Assembly: GCA_965116905.1 (NCBI GenBank)
Contig: OZ220732.1
Span: 896,001 to 960,000 of the forward strand
Direction of reading: 5' to 3'
DNA length: 64,000 nucleotides
Origin: Longimicrobiales bacterium
GTDB taxonomy: Bacteria; Gemmatimonadota; Gemmatimonadetes; Longimicrobiales; Gaopeijiaceae
A program made the translations under genes and the position numbers. The notes below the pieces were generated by a model, which saw only the letters and a program-made list of their open reading frames with translations, was not told the DNA's origin and did not search any database. Below are positions 59,878 to 64,000 of this stretch, piece after piece. Every line of letters begins with the position of its first letter. The first letter of the stretch is position 1.

Positions 59878-61761
59878 TCATTGCGGATTGCCTTCTTCCT
59901 CCCCGCCGCGGTACCAGTCCTCCCGCAGCCAGTGCACCAGCAACCGGATCTCTTCGTCGGTGAGGATCTCCTCGGGGCCGAACGCCGGCATGCGGTCGTT
60001 GCGGTCGCCGTAGAAGTTCGGGTGCGACGCGTCACGGATGAACGCGGTCAGCCACTGCTCCGACCCGAAGCCGGTCAGCGTCGGGCCGAGCGGCTGCTCG
60101 ACCACGTCCTGGAATTCGTGACACTCGGTGCACCCCACCGACGCCGATGAGACCAGCGCCGTTCCCTCCGTGATCTCCGCCCGGTCGGCCTCGTCCGCCT
60201 CCGCCTGGTAGGGCAGCGCGGCCTGGGCCGAAACGGCCTTGATCACCTTCGCCAGGTCTTCCTGCTCTTCGTGGGTGAACCCGGCGACCCGGCTCTGCAC
60301 CATCCGGACCATGCGGCCGCGGGCGAACTCGGTGCCCCCGAAGTACTCGGGTGTGGCGATCCGCTCGGGATCCAGCAGACCTTCGAGCCACTCCCGGCTG
60401 GCGAACCGTTTCAGGTCGGCGGCGGTCGGGGGTTCGGGCAGCGGGCGTCCCATGCCGTCGTGGCCATCGTACGTGTGGCAGCTGGCGCACCGGTCGGCGA
60501 AGAGACGCGGGCCCTGCGCAAGGGGGTCGGTGCGCAGCAGCGCCAGAGCCCCGCTGGCGGGAATCCCGCCACCCGCTCCGGCAAGCTCCACGGCGCGCTC
60601 CGCCTCGGCTTCGGCATTGGTCTGGGCGAAGACGAAGTCCGGGTCGGCGCGGTCCTGCGCGTACGCCAGCCAGGTCAGGAGCGCGACGCCGGCCAGAACG
60701 CCGCCCGTGAGGCCGAGGTTGAAGCGATGGCCCAGGCGCCACCGCCCCGCGAACGGCATCAGCGCGATCAGGGTGACCACCAGCCCCGGAATGACGATCG
60801 CGCCGATGACCTCGGTGCCGGCCGGGAAGTACTTCAGCCACTGGAAGAGGAACATGAAGTACCATTCGGGGCGCGCGGCCGCGTAGGGTTCGGCGGCGTC
60901 CGCTGGCCCCCCCAGCGGCGCTCCTCCCGTGCGGATCACGAGGTAGAGCACGGCGGCCATCACCGCGAGGCAGGCGACCGCATCCCGCAGGGCCTGATCG
61001 GGCCAGAACCGGCCGGTCCGAGCGGCATCGGTGGCCGCGGCCGGATCGCCGCCCTCATCCCCCTCCGACCCTACACCGACAACCCCGGGCCCGGCACCGG
61101 ACTTCTGCGTGCGCAGCCCCCCGGTCGTCACCCCGTGTCGCCGGAACAGGTACACGTGGCCGGCGATCAGGGCGATCAGCGCGCCCGGCAGGATGCCCGC
61201 GTGGAGCGCGAAGAAGCGGGTCAGGGTGAGGTGGCCGTAGTCCGCGCCGCCGACGAGCACCTTCTGCAGGGCCGGCCCCACGACGGGCGTGATCGACGCG
61301 ATGCTCGTGGCCACCTTGGTCGCCCAGTAGCCCTTCTGGTCCCAGGGGAGCAGGTACCCGGTCAGGGACAGCCCCAGCACGATGTGCAGCAGGACGATGC
61401 CGAACCAGAAGTTGACCTCGCGGGGGGCCTTGTAGGCGCCCGCCACGACCACCTGCATGAGGTGCAGGACGAGGAGCACCATGGTTGCATGGGCCATGTA
61501 GTGGTGGATTCCGCGCAGCATCCAGCCGCCGGCCATCACGTGTTCGATGTAGTAGACGCTCTCCCAGGCGCCCTGTGCGTTGGGACTGTACGCGGCCCAC
61601 AGGATCACGCCGGTCACGAACTGCACGGCGATCGCGAAGGTCAGCGTGCTGCCCCACACGTAGCGCCACTTTGCTCCGCCCGGAATGGACTCGACGAGGG
61701 CCTTGCGGAGGATCGCCCGATACCCCGTCCGGTCGTCGAGCCAGCCGAGAAGCGACTTCAC
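59878..61761 (-). CDS. Cytochrome b fused to a diheme cytochrome c domain (bc-type complex)
   Basis: RGIHH, LHLMQV, GYLLPWDQ, RFFALH, PEWYF; CASCH and CTECH. Confidence 0.9.
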   Translation of the reverse strand: MKSLLGWLDDRTGYRAILRKALVESIPGGAKWRYVWGSTLTFAIAVQFVTGVILWAAYSPNAQGAWESVYYIEHVMAGGWMLRGIHHYMAHATMVLLVLHLMQVVVAGAYKAPREVNFWFGIVLLHIVLGLSLTGYLLPWDQKGYWATKVATSIASITPVVGPALQKVLVGGADYGHLTLTRFFALHAGILPGALIALIAGHVYLFRRHGVTTGGLRTQKSGAGPGVVGVGSEGDEGGDPAAATDAARTGRFWPDQALRDAVACLAVMAAVLYLVIRTGGAPLGGPADAAEPYAAARPEWYFMFLFQWLKYFPAGTEVIGAIVIPGLVVTLIALMPFAGRWRLGHRFNLGLTGGVLAGVALLTWLAYAQDRADPDFVFAQTNAEAEAERAVELAGAGGGIPASGALALLRTDPLAQGPRLFADRCASCHTYDGHDGMGRPLPEPPTAADLKRFASREWLEGLLDPERIATPEYFGGTEFARGRMVRMVQSRVAGFTHEEQEDLAKVIKAVSAQAALPYQAEADEADRAEITEGTALVSSASVGCTECHEFQDVVEQPLGPTLTGFGSEQWLTAFIRDASHPNFYGDRNDRMPAFGPEEILTDEEIRLLVHWLREDWYRGGEEEGNPQ

Positions 61762-62330
61762 GCGACCGGGGTCTTGTCGGGGCGGCCGGGAAGGAAGTTC
61801 TGGAACCGCACCCAGATCTCGTCTCCCTCGCGGACCTCCACCTCGAGCTCGTCCATGTCGCGGGGACTCGGGCTCGCCGGATCGTTGACAGCGCCCTCGA
61901 TGTCGAAGCTGCTCTTGTGGCACGGACACTCGTACCGGGAGTGGTCGGGGGCGAGGTTCACGAAGCACCCCGCGTGCGGGCAGATGACGTTCAGCGCCTG
62001 CAGCGAATCCTCCGTGCGGCGGAGGTAGACCGCGCCCACCGGCATGTTGCGCTGCGTGTTCCACGCGTCGACCCGGTCCGTCACGACGCGGAACTTTCGC
62101 GGGACACCGTCGGCGGGGACGGCCGCGAGCCGCGTGACCGGAACCAGCGCGGGGTCCCTTGCGGTGCGCCGCAGCGGGTCGAACACAACGCGCAGGCCCG
62201 ACCAGACGGGAGCGAGGAAGGCGAGTCCGGCTGCCGCGATCGCCCCGGCCCCGGCCAGAAAGCCTCGGCGGGCGTGGCCGGATGGGCCGGCGGTCTTGCC
62301 CTCGGGTGGGCGCGGCGTTGGGCTGCTCAT
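61758..62330 (-). CDS. Rieske 2Fe-2S subunit
   Basis: Tat motif RRGFL; CPHAGC and CPCHKS. Confidence 0.92.
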   Translation of the reverse strand: MSSPTPRPPEGKTAGPSGHARRGFLAGAGAIAAAGLAFLAPVWSGLRVVFDPLRRTARDPALVPVTRLAAVPADGVPRKFRVVTDRVDAWNTQRNMPVGAVYLRRTEDSLQALNVICPHAGCFVNLAPDHSRYECPCHKSSFDIEGAVNDPASPSPRDMDELEVEVREGDEIWVRFQNFLPGRPDKTPVA

Positions 62331-62414
62331 TGCGGTCGGGTTCCCGGCTCCTGGTGTGTTTGCCGCCGTGGCTTGGGGGACGGCGGAAGTTACGGACGAG
62401 CGCGGAACACCGCA

Positions 62415-62456
62415 ATGTAATGTATACTTTACATAATGTAATCTTTGGTATACATA
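62415..62456. promoter_or_regulatory. AT-rich promoter/operator region upstream of the Rieske gene
   Basis: ATGTAA-TGTATACT-TTACAT inverted repeat within an AT island. Confidence 0.5.
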
Positions 62457-62491
62457 CCTTGGTGTTGCGGGCCGGTTGCCACCGGAGCCGG

Positions 62492-64000
62492 CTATCCGTC
62501 CTGGAACGGCACGAACTCGTGCGCGAGTCCCGGCAGTTCGAGTGCCAGCGCCAGTTCGCGGGCCTGGTTGGCGAGATCCGGGAACGGCACACCACTCCTC
62601 CGCCCCAGTCGGACCTGCTCCAGCGCGATGCGCAACCAGGCCACGGGGTCGGTTTCGCGGGTGGCCGCGGCGGCGTCCTCCAACAGCAGCAGCGCGCCGT
62701 CGCCGTTGCCCGTGCGCGACCGCAGGCGTGCGTGGAACAGGGTGAGGTCCACCGGTGTGCTTCCGGGCGCCGCGTCGAGCGGGCAATGCTCGGCCACGCC
62801 CTTGGCCCGGCCGAGCATCCCCAGCTCCAGGAGACTGTTCCCCTCGATGCTCGCGTGTCGAATCCGGAGCCGTGGCAGCACCGACGGAGCGCCGATGGCC
62901 GACCTCGCGCCGTGCGCATCGCCCCGGGCGAGAGCCAGCGCCGCGTGCGTCATCCGCTCCATGCACCTCACCACCGGGCAGTCCATGGGCTCCGCGACGG
63001 AGCGCGCCTCGGCAAGCGCTTCGGCCGCCGGCTCGAGACTGCCGGTATTGGTGTGCCACTCTGCGAGGTCGAGCAGCAGCTGCACATACGAGGCGGGGTC
63101 GTCCACGGACCTGCTGGCGCCGGCCACCCTTGCCTGCAGTTCCTGGCCCTCCGCCGTCGCGAGTCGGCCCACGGCGATCAGGGCGACCGCGTGGCGGCGC
63201 AACGCGTACATCATCTCATCCCGGAGACGCTCTCGCATCGCGATCCCGACAGCCCGCCTTGCGTGTGCCAGCCCGCCCGGGCGGTCTCCGCAGACCACCT
63301 TGATGGCCAGGGAGGCCTCGGTTCGGCAGCGTGCGACATCCTCCCGATACTCGGGTCGCTTCCCGATTTCGGCCAGCAGTTCGGCCATCGCGCCATGGTT
63401 CGCCGACCTGTGCAGTACCTGCAGCATCGTGTCCCGGATCGCGGGCCCAAGCCAACCGTCGCCACGGCTCTCGGCTTCATCGAGAAGGCCGTTCAGTTCG
63501 CCGATCACGGCCTCGGTGCCCACCAGGCCGAGAAGATGGCGGGCATCGGCCACCGTCAGCCGCAGCTGGATGGCGTCTGCGGGGGACAGTTGACTACCGG
63601 AGGCATCGATGCCTTCGGCGACCCGAAGCACCCCCGCGAGCCGTCGCGATCGATGGTAGGCCCAGGCCAGGCGAACCCCGATCCGGGGCTTGCTCGGCGT
63701 ATCGCTCACCTGATATGCGGCGGCAAGTACGGGGAGGCGTGTGGCGACCCCGTTTCGTGGTGTCCTCTCGAGCGCCTGTACGGCGAACAGCTGGGCGCGA
63801 TCGCTGTCTCCCGCGCGATGGTAGTGGATCGAGGCCGCGGCCAACAGGTCGTTGTCGGAACGCCCGCCCAGCAGGCTGGCCACCGACCCGTGGAGGCTGG
63901 ACCGGCGGCCGGGACTCAGGGTCCGGTAGATCGCGTGGCGGACGAGGCCGTGGCGGACGCGGGCTCTGTTGTCGGCCCAGGAGATCAGGGCGGACGCTTC
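62492..64000 (-). CDS. Partial large AAA-ATPase/TPR-type regulator (C-terminal part)
   Basis: HGLVRHAIYRTLSPGRR..LH..VA...HYHRAGD post-ATPase motif followed by helical repeats; runs off the window. Confidence 0.65.
   Translation of the reverse strand, partial: EASALISWADNRARVRHGLVRHAIYRTLSPGRRSSLHGSVASLLGGRSDNDLLAAASIHYHRAGDSDRAQLFAVQALERTPRNGVATRLPVLAAAYQVSDTPSKPRIGVRLAWAYHRSRRLAGVLRVAEGIDASGSQLSPADAIQLRLTVADARHLLGLVGTEAVIGELNGLLDEAESRGDGWLGPAIRDTMLQVLHRSANHGAMAELLAEIGKRPEYREDVARCRTEASLAIKVVCGDRPGGLAHARRAVGIAMRERLRDEMMYALRRHAVALIAVGRLATAEGQELQARVAGASRSVDDPASYVQLLLDLAEWHTNTGSLEPAAEALAEARSVAEPMDCPVVRCMERMTHAALALARGDAHGARSAIGAPSVLPRLRIRHASIEGNSLLELGMLGRAKGVAEHCPLDAAPGSTPVDLTLFHARLRSRTGNGDGALLLLEDAAAATRETDPVAWLRIALEQVRLGRRSGVPFPDLANQARELALALELPGLAHEFVPFQDG

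Noticed and set aside
59878..63059. 1013-aa and 433-aa ORF-track products as giant cytochrome b and Rieske fusions
   Set aside because: The upstream extensions are out-of-frame read-through of neighbouring genes; plausible starts are 61761 and 62330.

Overview
High-GC bacterial window; a Gemmatimonadota-like origin is inferred from gene content only. It opens with a housekeeping/metabolic backbone: queE, a Nudix hydrolase, a type IIA topoisomerase A subunit, a PLP decarboxylase, a paaABCD-like epoxidase cluster, pfkA, a BMP-type ABC transporter, an NSS transporter and a fused aconitase-family enzyme. It also has tRNA-Val/tRNA-Glu, six toxin-antitoxin-type loci and a quinohemoprotein amine dehydrogenase operon (qhpG-A-D-C-B-F). 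The probable qhpE protease lies about 13.7 kb downstream of that operon, next to a Rieske/cytochrome b-c pair. The most novel signal is a recurring accessory module in two islands (about 23.7-27.7 kb and 45.5-59.1 kb). It combines small secreted Cys-rich peptides, an adjacent thioredoxin/DsbA-type oxidoreductase, NHL-like six-bladed beta-propeller (lipo)proteins and ECF sigma factors. There are four such peptides, two with identical C-x15-C-x9-C-x12-C spacing. All calls rest on motif recognition by eye; no searches were run.
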